Positions 1-12,700 of a stretch of DNA of 64,000 nucleotides are shown piece by piece. A program made the translations under genes and the position numbers. Origin of the DNA: Acanthaster planci (taxonomy: Eukaryota). Location of the stretch: NCBI RefSeq assembly GCF_001949145.1, contig NW_019091357.1, positions 3,231,078-3,295,077 on the forward strand, in the 5' to 3' direction. The notes under the pieces were generated by a model. It saw only the letters and a program-made list of their open reading frames with translations. It was not told the DNA's origin and searched no databases. Position 1 is the first letter of the stretch. Every line of letters begins with the position of its first letter.

Positions 1-462
1 TGGTCTTTGCTTTTTGGCACTTATTTCCTTGTAGGAAAATTGGTCTGTGTAGAAACCCACTCAATCAGAGAGCAACCTTGCATTTGTGTCAAGTCCACGG
101 CAGGGCTCATCACAAGTTCAGTCACAAGTGAAGGGAGGAACATTGACAAAGGAATGCAATTTACTTCCTAACCATGCCAAATCCAACATCACTTGCGTCA
201 GACTTTGACTGTCAGGTGATGGAGACTTGTGATGGGCCCAACTGCAGCACAGGAGGGGACCGGTGAACCATGGTCACATATTTTCCCAGCCTTGGTAGGA
301 TCGATTTAGGGACACACCACATGAGGGGGAAGGAGTGATTTAAAGACATGCCATATGAAGGGAAAGGCAAGGAAAGAATGACTACACCAACAACCCTCCA
401 ATATTGAACATATAAAGACTTGGATTAAATCCTGACCTCTGGTTCGTTTTTCGTGTCACCAG

Positions 463-3400
463 TACTTTTACAGCATCAAGGACATCTCCATCGGGGGCCG
501 GTGCGTCTGCAACGGCCATGCCAGCACCTGCAACGAACGTGGCAACAGCGGCCGGCTGGTCTGCGCCTGCCAGCACAACACCTGCGGGGAGGAGTGCGAG
601 ATGTGCTGCCCGGGCTTCGTCCAAAAGGCCTGGCGGCCGGCCACCATGGACAGCGCCAACGAGTGTGAACGTGAGTGACGATTGCCGTAGCTCCGTCACT
701 TCAGTCATCCAGCTTGTCTGTCTCAACCCTTAAAGTTTGAACCTTTGTTGTCCTGCTACCGTACATCTTGCAGCTAACTGAAACCTTTGTGCATGGGAAT
801 CGGCCAGTCAGGGCGTTATTAATATAAATAATTGTTAACAGGTTGAAACACCGTTAACAGAAGTTTGGAAGGGTAGTCATGAAAAAATGGCACAAAAAAG
901 GCATACCGGTGCTTTCTGAGTACAGTAAACACCAGTTAAATCAGCACTCTCGGGACTCAAGAAATTATGACGACTTGCGCGAATGCCGACTTGTGCTGTA
1001 AGTCATCATTTTGCCGACGTAAACATACACATGTATTGCCTCTGTACGCTATGATTCCTTGCACTAATTCAATGGCTTTGATTTTATACCCTGGTTTATT
1101 TCTACCTCCATGGTTGATCCCAGCAAATTCGTTCTTGATCGGTCATACTAATTACTGTCAACACGCAACGGACCATCAACACACCGTCAACACCTCCAAA
1201 ACACATTAAAAATCAGAAGGTGTACTCGACAGTAAAGTGTTTGCCAAAAGGATATTTTGGCTAAACCTCAACTGGTTAGACTCAGGAAAAATGCCATTTT
1301 AATTTGGCTGCATCGCCTCCTTTGAACCAGCTCAGAAATCAGTAGCCATTTTGCCTTTTGGGCAGTTGGAACCATACCATTACGCCAAAGGGGTAAGGTT
1401 GGGTACCAGGCAGAATTAACCAATGGTTAACAAGTAATTGTTCCTGGAACTTGCTTGCCCCCTGTTGTGGGCTACTGCCATTCAGAATGTTCGACCTCAT
1501 TATGTCCACAAAACCTTATATTTATCCCATTTTATTCTGTCCAGCGTGCAACTGCTTTGACCACACGAACGAGTGCGTCTACAATGAGACCATCGCCGCC
1601 CAGCGCCTGTCCATCGACATCTATGGCAACTATGAGGGCGGGGGCGTCTGCCAGAACTGCCAGCACAACACGGTGGGGATCAACTGCGACCAGTGCGCCC
1701 CGGGCTTCTACCGACAGGCTGGGGTCAGCTTGGACTCCCCAGATGTCTGCCAGCGTAAGATTACAAAGTTGTTCATTTCTTGTTTGCCCTGACCCCTTAG
1801 CTGCATGATAAAATGTCTTAAATGAGATTGGAAGATTCGAGACTGTTATGTTGAGAGGAAGAGTGGCACGGCTGAGCCCAGGGGTTATGAAAACTGATTT
1901 TATAGGCAGGTCACTTGTCCAAATGCCACTCAAAGGTGATGGCTACAAGAAAAAACAGGAAAGGGAAAAGTGTCAAAAGGAAAAAGTTCAGTGGCCGCGA
2001 AAGTTCAGGCCATTGGTTGCCTTACAGTATGATTTTGGAGGGTGAAGGGAGATTATAAAATGAAATACCATGAGGATCGAGGTTGAGATGAACTTTTTGA
2101 GTCTGATGTTCTTCTTCTGCTGGGTTGCCAACAGCATGTAACTGCGATCAGACTTACTCCACGGGCAACTGCGCCCCAATCACAGGCGAGTGCGAGTGCC
2201 GCCCCCAGTACACCGGCACGGGATGCAGCCAGTGCAACGAAGGTTACTACGGTTACCCAACCTGCCAACGTAAGTTGTGGTTTCATTGCATTCATTGCAA
2301 GTTCTGAACTCAAAAAGGACCACACTGTAAATAAAAAAGTAAAAAACAGATCGAGGTGCTGTGGTTTTTGTGCACATTCAAATGAAAATGTGGCAGCCAC
2401 ACCCCGTGCCCGTAACATTGGCAAAGAGTTGCAATTGTATGCTTCTGCCATGCTTGTGAGTGGGTAACACAACATCACTGTGGTTTCCTCCATCAGAGTT
2501 CATGGTTCTCATTCACAATTTTTCTGTGTGGGTTTTACATGGCTTTCGAATTAGTGGTCTACTTCAAATTAAACATACCCAGTGGCTAAATGGAGTCAAT
2601 TATACAACAATGAATCTGTAAAAGATATATTCTTATAAAATTACAAAGTTACATAACGGGTATAAATAGGTTTGGCAATAAATAAATAAATGAAATAAAT
2701 TTCTTTTCATCGGTGTGAGGTCAGGCACCATTCATAATGATACCTTGTTTATTATGTTGGCACACTGATATAGTTTTTAGATCCATGTGAGTGTGTGTGT
2801 GTCAAGTGTGGGCACATTCCAAACAGTTCAGACAATCCAACTTGGCATGTTGAGGTTGTCTTGCCAAGTTCGTCTGCTTCATTTTGCTTCAGTTGGCAAC
2901 TGGTATACCTAGACTGACAGTCAAAACTCTGGGAACTTAAGATTGACATATTGCTCATTACAAGGGTAAGACCCTTTTTTTTCTTGCTCTTTCAACATGC
3001 GGGATTTGATTGTTGATGTCCAACAGCCTGCGACTGCAACTTCAACGGCACCCAGAACAAGGTCTGCCAGGTCAACGGAGGACAGTGTCCCTGCAAGCCG
3101 AACTTTGCCGGCCGCAACTGCGATCGCTGTGCCCTGGGCTTCTACAACTTTCCCGAATGTACCCGTACGTATCCCCCCCACCCCAAGGTTTTCATTCTTT
3201 GTTGAATTTGTTTTCCTGAATTGGCTCCCACAATTTTATCCACTTCCCATAACTTGTCCATTTAAGCTCTTTATCTGACAAGGCTGGTCTTCTCATCCCC
3301 GGCCTGTCCACTATTTTTCATTGTGTAATTCCCTTTTGTAACAAAAGTTTACTGGCTCTCAATCTTGAAAGTCTGAAGAAACCCCAGGAAATATAATAAA

Positions 3401-6400
3401 AATTAAGTTCTTGATGTTCGATGAAAAGACTGGAATTGCTTTGCAAAAGGTGCCATTTGAATTTGGCAGGGATGGCAAATTAATCCACATTTCAGGCTGT
3501 TTGAGCCACATTACAACACAAAAGACCCTTTAAACCAACAGAACTTTTCACCAACCTAACTCCCCATTTTTGTCACGGTTCTGACAGTTTTACCCGCTTC
3601 TGTGCCGCAATCCAGTAGAATCTTTGTCGTCAATTTTTACAGCTTGCGATTGTGACCTGATTGGTTCCTTGGACACCATCTGCGATGCCTTGTCGGGCCA
3701 GTGCAGCTGCCGGGCGGTCTACGGCGGGCGCACCTGCAACGAGTGCCGCAACGGTTTCTTCAACTTCCCCTCTTGCCAAGGTCAGACAAGCCACTGGCCG
3801 CAGGGCCCCACAGTTGACCCTATTTGGGAGCATTTCAGAAAGAAGCCCCAGTGCATTTGTGGGCAGGGCAGGAGTTGAATAAATGTTATTGCTCGCGTAA
3901 AAAGTTCCGATGTACCAAATTTCACTTTTGGTTTGTTATTGTTTATCTTATTCTGGTAATAAAACTAATGATTCCTTAAAAGCATCTCAGCACTGTTGCT
4001 CGTAAGCCTGAAGAAAGCTGTAGAGAGAAGACAGTGAGAAACAGTGACAGTTTTAGACGTGGGGGGAAACCCTAGAAAAAATATTTTTGGTAAAAGTTTT
4101 GGAATCGGGTAGGGACTGAAAACCCAATCCACCTAAGGGGTGGGCCCGGGAATCCAACCTAGCCCATAGAGGTGAAGGGTGGGGAACGAACCACCATGCC
4201 AAATCAACTTACAAGGAACTCTGTGCATTGCAACACACGTCTCTGGGACAAGGCCGCTAGCCACCAGCAAGTGGCTACATAGACATGCCTGTTATTTCCA
4301 TCCCTAGCCATAACTTTTAGACACGACGACCCTGAGCACCTCTGAAGCAGTGAAATACTCCATTACACTACACACTGGCCCGTTAGATCATGTACAGGAA
4401 TCATACGAGACTCCAAATAGCTATTAAGCTAGTACCCAAGGAAATCAGTCAATCAATCACTCAGGTGAGACATTCAGACTCTGATTGACACTTGGATAGG
4501 CGAAGTGACTGTCTTTCTTCATGTTATGCATTTCAGACTGTATCTGCAGCCCAGTAGGCTCGACTGTGGAGATTTGCGACAAAATCAACGGCCAATGCAT
4601 CTGTAAGGACAACTTTGGCGGACCACGCTGCGATCGCTGCGCCTTCGGCAACTACAATTATCCCAACTGTCAAGGTATCAAGATGAGAATACCAACATTG
4701 TAACGCTGATATGGCCGGTTTTGATCACTGCTCTGCATCTTAGGTTGCAGATTGAAATGTTAACTGCTGTTTAACGTTATGCTCTTTAAGTTTTTCACAG
4801 AACACAGTCACGTAGGGTCATTTGACGGTTTTGACTGATATGACAACTTTGTCCAGGATGCATTTACACAGAAAATCCCATCTCTGTACTGAGAGCATTG
4901 CAGTTGATATGTTAGAAAGAAATAACTTTGGTGGGTGTCAGAAAATAGTGTGGACGTCGTTATGAAGAGAAACATTTCAAAAGATGACTTCCGTTTATTT
5001 CAGTGATGCGCACATCTGCCCCAAATCGTTTGATTCCAAATTCATTTTGCAGTATATTGTGAAATAGTTGGTGCGATTGGATGGATTTGCACACGGGATT
5101 CTTGTCAGTTTAATGTTCCGTCTTTTCTTCTTCTACGTTTTGGTAGCCTGTGGTTGCGACAGTCGTGGGTCCACCTCCCAAGCCTGCTACGACTCGGGTC
5201 AGTGCCAGTGCCTGCCCAACTTCACTGGCCTGAAGTGTGAAGAGTGTGCCCCAGGTTACTACCGTTACCCAGAATGCCTCGGTAAGACACCACATCCAGG
5301 GTCCCAGGAGGTTTGAAGCATGACTCCTAGTACAGAAAAGCCTTTCCAAATGAATTGGAATTCCACACTCAGTCCGGCTTTGTTTGTTCACATTTTTCTG
5401 GCAGATTGTGAGTGCCATCGTCGCGGGTCCCTCAGCATCATGTGCGACCAGGGGACCGGCCAGTGCTCCTGCCGGTCCAGTTTCCGTGGCCGGATGTGTG
5501 AGCAGTGCGCCGAGGGCTTCTACAACTTCCCCTCCTGCGAGGAGTGCAACTGCGACCCGGCCGGTGTGATTGACATCCCTGGTGAACCCCTTGGGGGATG
5601 TGGCTCGTCCACAGGGGTAAAATGCCGACCGACCTCACATTTTCATAGTTTTAATCAAAAAAAGATTAACACATAACCCTGCTTGCAGTGTCAATGGGAA
5701 CAGCTAATCTTGGGTCAGTATCTAGGAATGCAGGTGATTTACAAAAACAGTGCGCACCAAAAGGCTTCCGTGTAGAGGCCATTTTTGCAAATTGCGCTCA
5801 ACAAACAACACGGGCCGACTTGCCACAATTTGCATTTGAGTAAGGGTATCAGAAGACGACTTGAGAAAATTTGGGATTGATCGGGGCATTCCAGGCAGTG
5901 GAAAGAAGACAGGATTAATTAAAACCGCTGCTAGACATTAACTCACAAATCTGCTAAGTGGCTATAAAAAGCATCGGGAGTAATTCAAATTTGGCGAACT
6001 TGTAGGCCGTTTCCCACAGTGCGGTGCAATAAAAATGGCCTCTCCATGGCAACCTCTTGCTGGCACACTGTTAAAATTCGTCTGATTACTTGGAACACAG
6101 AAATTGTTACGCTTGCCACTGACTGGCCCTCTGTTGATATCTGCTCACGTCAAGTTGCTATTTAAAGCAATATTTTTCTGCTGAGAGGCTCCGTGAAAGT
6201 TTTGACATCATTTTCATAGGCTCATCGGTAGCCTCTTTTAATAGCAGGAAATACTGCTTAGAAGGTTAAGAATGTGTCCAAATGTTACGGCTGCAGCTTG
6301 AAGTGATATTTTCATCTATGAAAGCCACAGCCGTAGCCAGGTCTTTGGACACCAGAAGTCAGCTGGGACTCAGCTGTGAATCATATGACATTGAGTCAGC

Positions 6401-9400
6401 AAAGCAATCTTTGTCAAGAAAACTGCACTCAGTAATTCTTGGAAAGTGGCCCCTTTGGCTTCATACCATTATGCCTGTAAGACTAATGTTTAATACTCAC
6501 AAAACAGACCACTATTAAAATTGAGTTGTCATTTGATTCAGTTCCGTTTCCAGTAAAGTCATCGCATGTTTTGCAGATGATTTGGTCCTTTTGCATGAGT
6601 GAAATTGAAATGCCTGTTGTAACAAATAACTTAAAACCAGCCTTTTGTTGACAATAATATGTCCCTTTATGACCATGTATCCTTGCTTTACTAACTCGCA
6701 AACATTTACTAACCTTTTGTTTCTCGTTGCATGCATGTTTGTTTGTTGCTGTTGTGTACTCAGAGAGGCATATGGAATGAGTTACAACCAGCACACCGGT
6801 ACTTAATCAACGAAGCTTTGGTGGAGGTACATCCGTCTTTAACCCTAACACCCCCTCACCCCCAATCATATTCTGGCTGAAAACCCTCAGTTCAACCCAG
6901 CCACGTAAACAGCTGTCAAAGTGGGGAACCTGTTCGGCATGACAAAATTCTCAACGTGTCCCGATTACTCAAAAGTCCAGACAGCCTCGGAGCGCTAGCC
7001 TGCGTGCAACCGCAGGATCTCAGTGGCTCACTGTTTATAGAGGGACCAGCTCTCACACTCTCAAACGGGACAGTTTGTGCTGCTGCTGTCGACTGCCCAT
7101 CAGTGTTTTAACCGAGTCCATTAAAGGTCCCCCTCCCAGCCCCTCGCATGTCGTCTAGTCTGAGGCCATGTCACGGGCTACTCGAAACGAACTGTGACAG
7201 AAACATTCCTTTGTTGTTACTTGACCCTGACACTTAAGACCAGTCCTGTGAAAGAACGCATGACTGGACTTGCAAAAGGACTTGCGATGGATGTGGTCGC
7301 ATCGCTGCTGCATAGCCAGTTAACGTCAGATTTTCTACCCGAAAAAAACTGCTGGGGTGGCTTTTTTACCCGCAAATTCTTCAACCTTGCAATTGCGCTT
7401 TGATCCAACCAAGCACAACACGTTAAAACGTCAACGGCGGATGTGAAAAAAGAATTCTTAAACGAGTGTACACACGGAACAAATTATGTGTGTTTACTCG
7501 TCATCCGGCGTCAAGTGGCTAATGCAGCAACCTCTGAAGATTTTCTCCCCTGTTGCATCTTGTTAATAGGCTGAACGTCCTTAAATGTTGGGATGTGTGT
7601 CATCAGTCATGCTGACAGAGCTGTTCCTGTGACCCATTAACAAATGCTAGGGGTTCCTGTTTGATGGTAAAAGGTTGGGTGCTGGTTTACAACTGGAGAT
7701 TTTTAATAACAGTTTGTATAATCCTGAAGTTCCAAAAGGTCTGCCTTGGGAAACCACAGGGAAAAGTTGTTTAATATTTGTTTGAGATGGTTTGAAGCTT
7801 TACATGACAGAGCAATAACCTTGCAATTTGTTGTAGATTGTATGTTGCATTTTCTCGGTGGCAATGTTAACTGAAGGTCTTTGGACACTGTTTTTTCTAC
7901 TTCATTCAAAATCACTCAGTTTACAGTGACATAAGCAGCAGTAACAGAAGTTTTGCATGCTGACCATTTCAAATGTTTGCACCTTCAGGGGGCCTGCAGG
8001 TGCAAGAACAACGTGCAGGGCCGCACCTGCAACACCTGCGAGCCCACCTACTGGAACCTGCAGATGAGCAACCCAGAGGGCTGTGAGCCCTGCGAATGCA
8101 ACGTAGCTGGAACCATCAACGGGATGGAGGAATGCGATATGGTAGGTGGCAGCCGAGACCAAACATAAACAAACTCTAGGCATCAAAGTGTAAACGTTCG
8201 TAGATTTAGCAATTGAGGAAAGATCTGTTGTATTAGAAAAGACCCTTTTGCGATTTTAAAGTAACAATTCATTGCCTTCAAAATCCACCAGATTTGGGAG
8301 GAGTTTAGATAGAGTTTAGGAAGGTGAAACCTGGTCGTTGTTATTTCACTTGGCCTTGATGCACCTTTGCTGTTGAAGCACAGTGAAATTTTGCCAGATC
8401 TAGGAGGGCAGGGATTGGCTATTGTTACTTCAGTCGGGCCTTGACGCACCTTTACTGCTGAAGTGCAAAGAAGGTGCCATTCTTTCCTTTCACATGGGTA
8501 AAATTTTAGCCCAGCTTTTAAATTTTGAATACATTAATAGGCTTTTTTTCAGGTGATGAATTTCTAATTTTGACCCCTGTCCATTTTTGTTTGCGTTGCT
8601 CAGAACTCTGGACAGTGCCTGTGCAAGGCCTTGGTGGCGGGACGCTCTTGTGCCGAGTGCCGGGATGGCACCTTTGGTCTGAAGGCCGAAGACCCCCTGG
8701 GCTGCAGAGGTAAGAGTCATTGAGCTTCTGTAGCCAAACTAGTTGATATGGGATGTTCCTCAGCTAGTCTTCTCTTCCATGCAAAGAATCAAGATTTCAT
8801 CAGAAATTGCCTTCCATGGAAACTAATCCTGTGTTTGTAGAACTACGTGTGGCCTACCATTTCAGACGAGGCTGAAGTTTTCAAATGTTTGACAGTTGGC
8901 CCCCCCCCACCGTTAGTTCTCATTCATCGTAAAGAAAGCTTCAGTAGTTTATACTGGCAATGGCTCCTGTAGAGTTTACATTGTTCCTTTGTATATATGG
9001 GTATTATTTTCCAAATAATAGTGCATAATTCTTCAACCTGGTTTTGAATGGTGGGTCACTACCTCTGTTTTATGCTCTTTGCTGATTTGAACTCTGAAAA
9101 AAAGTTGTTGTTTACCGGGTCCCCTTTGGGTAGTTTTCAGAAAAAGTGCTTTCCATGTTGTACATTTGGTGTACCAATCACTTTCCTGTCTGCAGGCATG
9201 TGATTTTTCCTCAATGTTTTTTTTTCTCCCCGTGTGCAGTGTGCCATTCCAAATATGAAAGCACTTCAAAGCCTCGCGCAGCTTTGATTTTATTCTTTTT
9301 TTTTGTGAACTCCTCGGTTCCATGTCTGTACATGAATGATTCAGAATAGCTGTTACTTTAAACTGACATACAGTCACACTGCATTCTCACCGTGGTCCGA

Positions 9401-9774
9401 GAGCTGGAAAACATCACAAGCTTGCTGGGATGGGATTCGAACCCATACCCTCTTGCTTTACTTGTGCAGCGGTGTTAATCACCTGACCACCGAGTTTGCC
9501 GGGATCGCATGCGCATGGCTGGCTCAAATCCATTGCCGCAGTGGATACCGCAAGCAGTCAATGGTTTTAATTCTGCTCTGCCTTGGAAAATATTAATTTT
9601 GTACCAGGTTTGATAGATCAGTGTCATTGTGTTGAAATGAGTCGAGTGACTTACACTATTGTCCCATTCCCCAGATTGTGCCTGCGATGTCGGTGGCAGC
9701 AGCCACGGTGCTTGCGACAAGACTACCGGCCAGTGTGTCTGCAAGGCCAGAGTCACCGGAATCATGTGTAACGA
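463..9774 (+). CDS. Laminin alpha: end of LN domain and LEa array (11 laminin-EGF repeats; first 11 exons in window)
   Basis: Repeated C-x-C...C...GQC-x-C...G-x-x-C-x-x-C-x-x-G(F/Y)(F/Y)-x-(F/Y)P-x-C units, e.g. [44 protein letters not shown]. Confidence 0.95.
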
Positions 9775-12700
9775 GTAAGCGAGTGTTCCATGTACATACC
9801 ATTGGAAAGCTGAATTCAAAAATGTCAATATCTGAATTTTTGAAAATTCCAACTTCCAGCTCATTTTGTGGTGACAGATTACATTATAACCTTACTGTAA
9901 CATGGGATATAGGGTGCCGGCAAGGTCCTTGCCGTTTGGTTAATGTGTAGGCCCAGCTGTTTTCATTTGTTTACTCTGTGCAGAACGAGTGAAACAAACA
10001 CAGGGAAGGAATCGTACAGTTTTTTCTTGTCCCTTAGCAAGTTACTTTGCAGCAACTGCCCCCTCCTTCAGACACAAAAATGGGTACATATGTGGGCAGG
10101 GTTACTTTTTGGGGGGGGGGTTGTAATGCAGGCCATGTGAATTTTACAGTCAAGCTTGTAAAGTGTAAAATTTTTGCTTCTGATCCTTGCCCGAACTTAA
10201 ATTGACGATACCAACTTCTTCCCCCCTCCCAACCAGGCCTCTACCCACCCACTTCTTCCCCGACTTGTACCAGCACAAGTTTGAGATCGAGGGGGGTTCG
10301 ACTCCCGAGGGTCGCCGCCTGCGCGTGGGCTTTGACGAGACAGAGTTCCCGGGCTTCTCCTACCTTGCCTATGCTGTCATGTCTTCCATTCAGGTACCAG
10401 CACCGCCTTTTTGTCTATACACCAATCAGTGAGAAGTTTACTTTGCTTGGAATCAAACCTGGTCCCAGCGGATTTCCACTCCACCTGTTCTGTGTATCTA
10501 CAGCACTTGAGATATCAATTCAGTTTTTTGCTTAAAGCCAATAACCTTTCTCCTTCTCCCTCTTGCTCAGCCCATTGTAGTGAGGACGGTCGAGGTTTCG
10601 ACCTCCAGCCTGTACCATCTGGTTCTGCATTATGTCTACCGTGGAGATTCCAACGTTAGGGGAAGGCTGACGATCACGCCCTCAGATCCATCTCTGGGTA
10701 AGTTTACAATAAACTAATGCCAAAACGCACTGCTCATGGTGTTGAAAGGCACATTCATTATTCATTACCGCTGTGTATTGATTCTGTAAATAACTTCTAA
10801 AGGTCCAACGATTTGTTGGTGTCAATCTTTTCTGCCGTGATAAAGTGTCTGCTCACAATATCGGCACTCCTGTTTTGTATGAAGAGCGTGATCAACAATG
10901 AACCCGTTCAGCATTCCAACAGAGCATGCCCAAACTGAATCACGTCGGAGGCCATTTAGAAAGAGTAGCACTCACACACCAGGGTCTGCCTTATCAGCGC
11001 AGCCGTATGCTGACTTGCAGACGTTCTCGAATGACCCTGTCTTTATGAAACCAATTTACCGGCTTATTATTGCCCACTGAACAATTTCTTCCCAATCACT
11101 AATACTTACCCAATTGATAACTTAGACGAATGCAGCTGAAAGTTTGTGGCACAGCAAAGTGAGTATGTACACCATTGGAAGTTGGCAACGAATTTGCTAA
11201 GTCCACTTCTCATAGACGCGTTACTGGTTTCAGTCAAAACCTATGGACGTGGCGTAAAAGTACACTCCAGTATGTATTGCCCAGGTAGCAATATATGCCC
11301 AATTGATAATCACTGCCCAATCCCTATTCACTACAAAGACATTGATGTTGTGAAGCAGGTCAGAATTTTGTAAGTTTAAACTTCTCACTCTGTAGGAGAC
11401 AGTCACGTTTAAAAATGACATTTTCAAAACACCAAAGCACTTGACATGTGAAATATTTTTCTTGCTTTTTTTTTCTTGTTTGTTTTTCAGGGTCTGAACA
11501 ATTCAGTGATATTCTGTTCGTGGCGGGCCCTGATCCGCAGTTGGTAACCATTGAGGGCGGCGGTGTGATTACCCCCTTCGTGCTGAATCCTGGCACCTGG
11601 ACTGTCACCATCGAAGCTCCAGAGGGTGTTCTACTGGTGAGAAATTGTCCTGATTGTTGTGGGTGTCTGACAAAGTATTTGTGTGAGTGTGAAGGTGGAA
11701 AAGTTCGGAAGATATTCAACATCGGGTTCAATTCTCGGTGTTCTCAAATGTGCCATAATGCATCACCCGAGACCGATTACAGACAGCTGCAAAGGTGCCG
11801 GGTTTTTGCTAAGCACTGAAAAAAATGCTTACCAGGCAGGGCTGAGTTTGCCCGACAACCACATGTCAAGTACCAGTCGATTTTGCCTGGTACCCAGGAT
11901 GCATTCTGTGCACAGGTCACCAGGAAAGCTCAACCAGCGGTGGGGAAAGGTTCGTCCATTGAACTTCGCCCCTACCCATCGCGCCGTAATTCCCCGGAAG
12001 ACAGTGCTTGGTTAGAAAATGGTTAACACTGAGATACAAATACAAGTTGTGGTTCTGCTTTCATTCTCTCTTCCTGGACAGGATTATCTAGTCTTGATCC
12101 CGCAGGCGTATTACGAAGCTACCATCCTACAGCAGCGAGTCTCTGAACCCTGCATCGCCGGCATACAACAAGAAAGGTGAGAAACAAAATCAAACTCGTC
12201 CTCTTTTGTCCCTCTTGATTAAGTAAGAAAACACTCCATGTGCCCATCGATTTCAAGAGAAATGCTGTCTAAAGCCAACGGTGCTACATGGATACATTTT
12301 TGCCAGGGTCTGTGAAATTAAGATGCTGCTAGTCATTGCTCTGATGCACTTATAGGCTCAGACCTCATGCAAGGCCACCGCATCACACCCCACCACTGTC
12401 TATCAGTCGAGGACAAGATCGGGCAGTTTTTACCTCGTTGGACTTCAATAGCAGTCAGGTTTCCTCTTCAACAGCGGTGGGCTCGCTGGATGGTGCAGGT
12501 TAAAAAATGTCAATGGGCGCCTCCGTTGAACCCACAATAAAGAGTCGTTATGAAGCCATGTCCAAATTGACTGGCTGCGGCTGCCATAACAATAATGTCT
12601 ATGGGAACTGGCTGTGGCACCCAGCCCTGTGGCCTCCATAGGTACTCACGCTGTTGCCAGCCACAGCCATAGCATTCAGACAGAGCCAGAGTTTCTCGAC

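Noticed and set aside
6980..7260. GC-richer intronic stretch with a TATA-like motif (possible internal promoter or enhancer)
   Set aside because: No usable first exon or donor was found and the motifs are too short to support a claim without conservation data.
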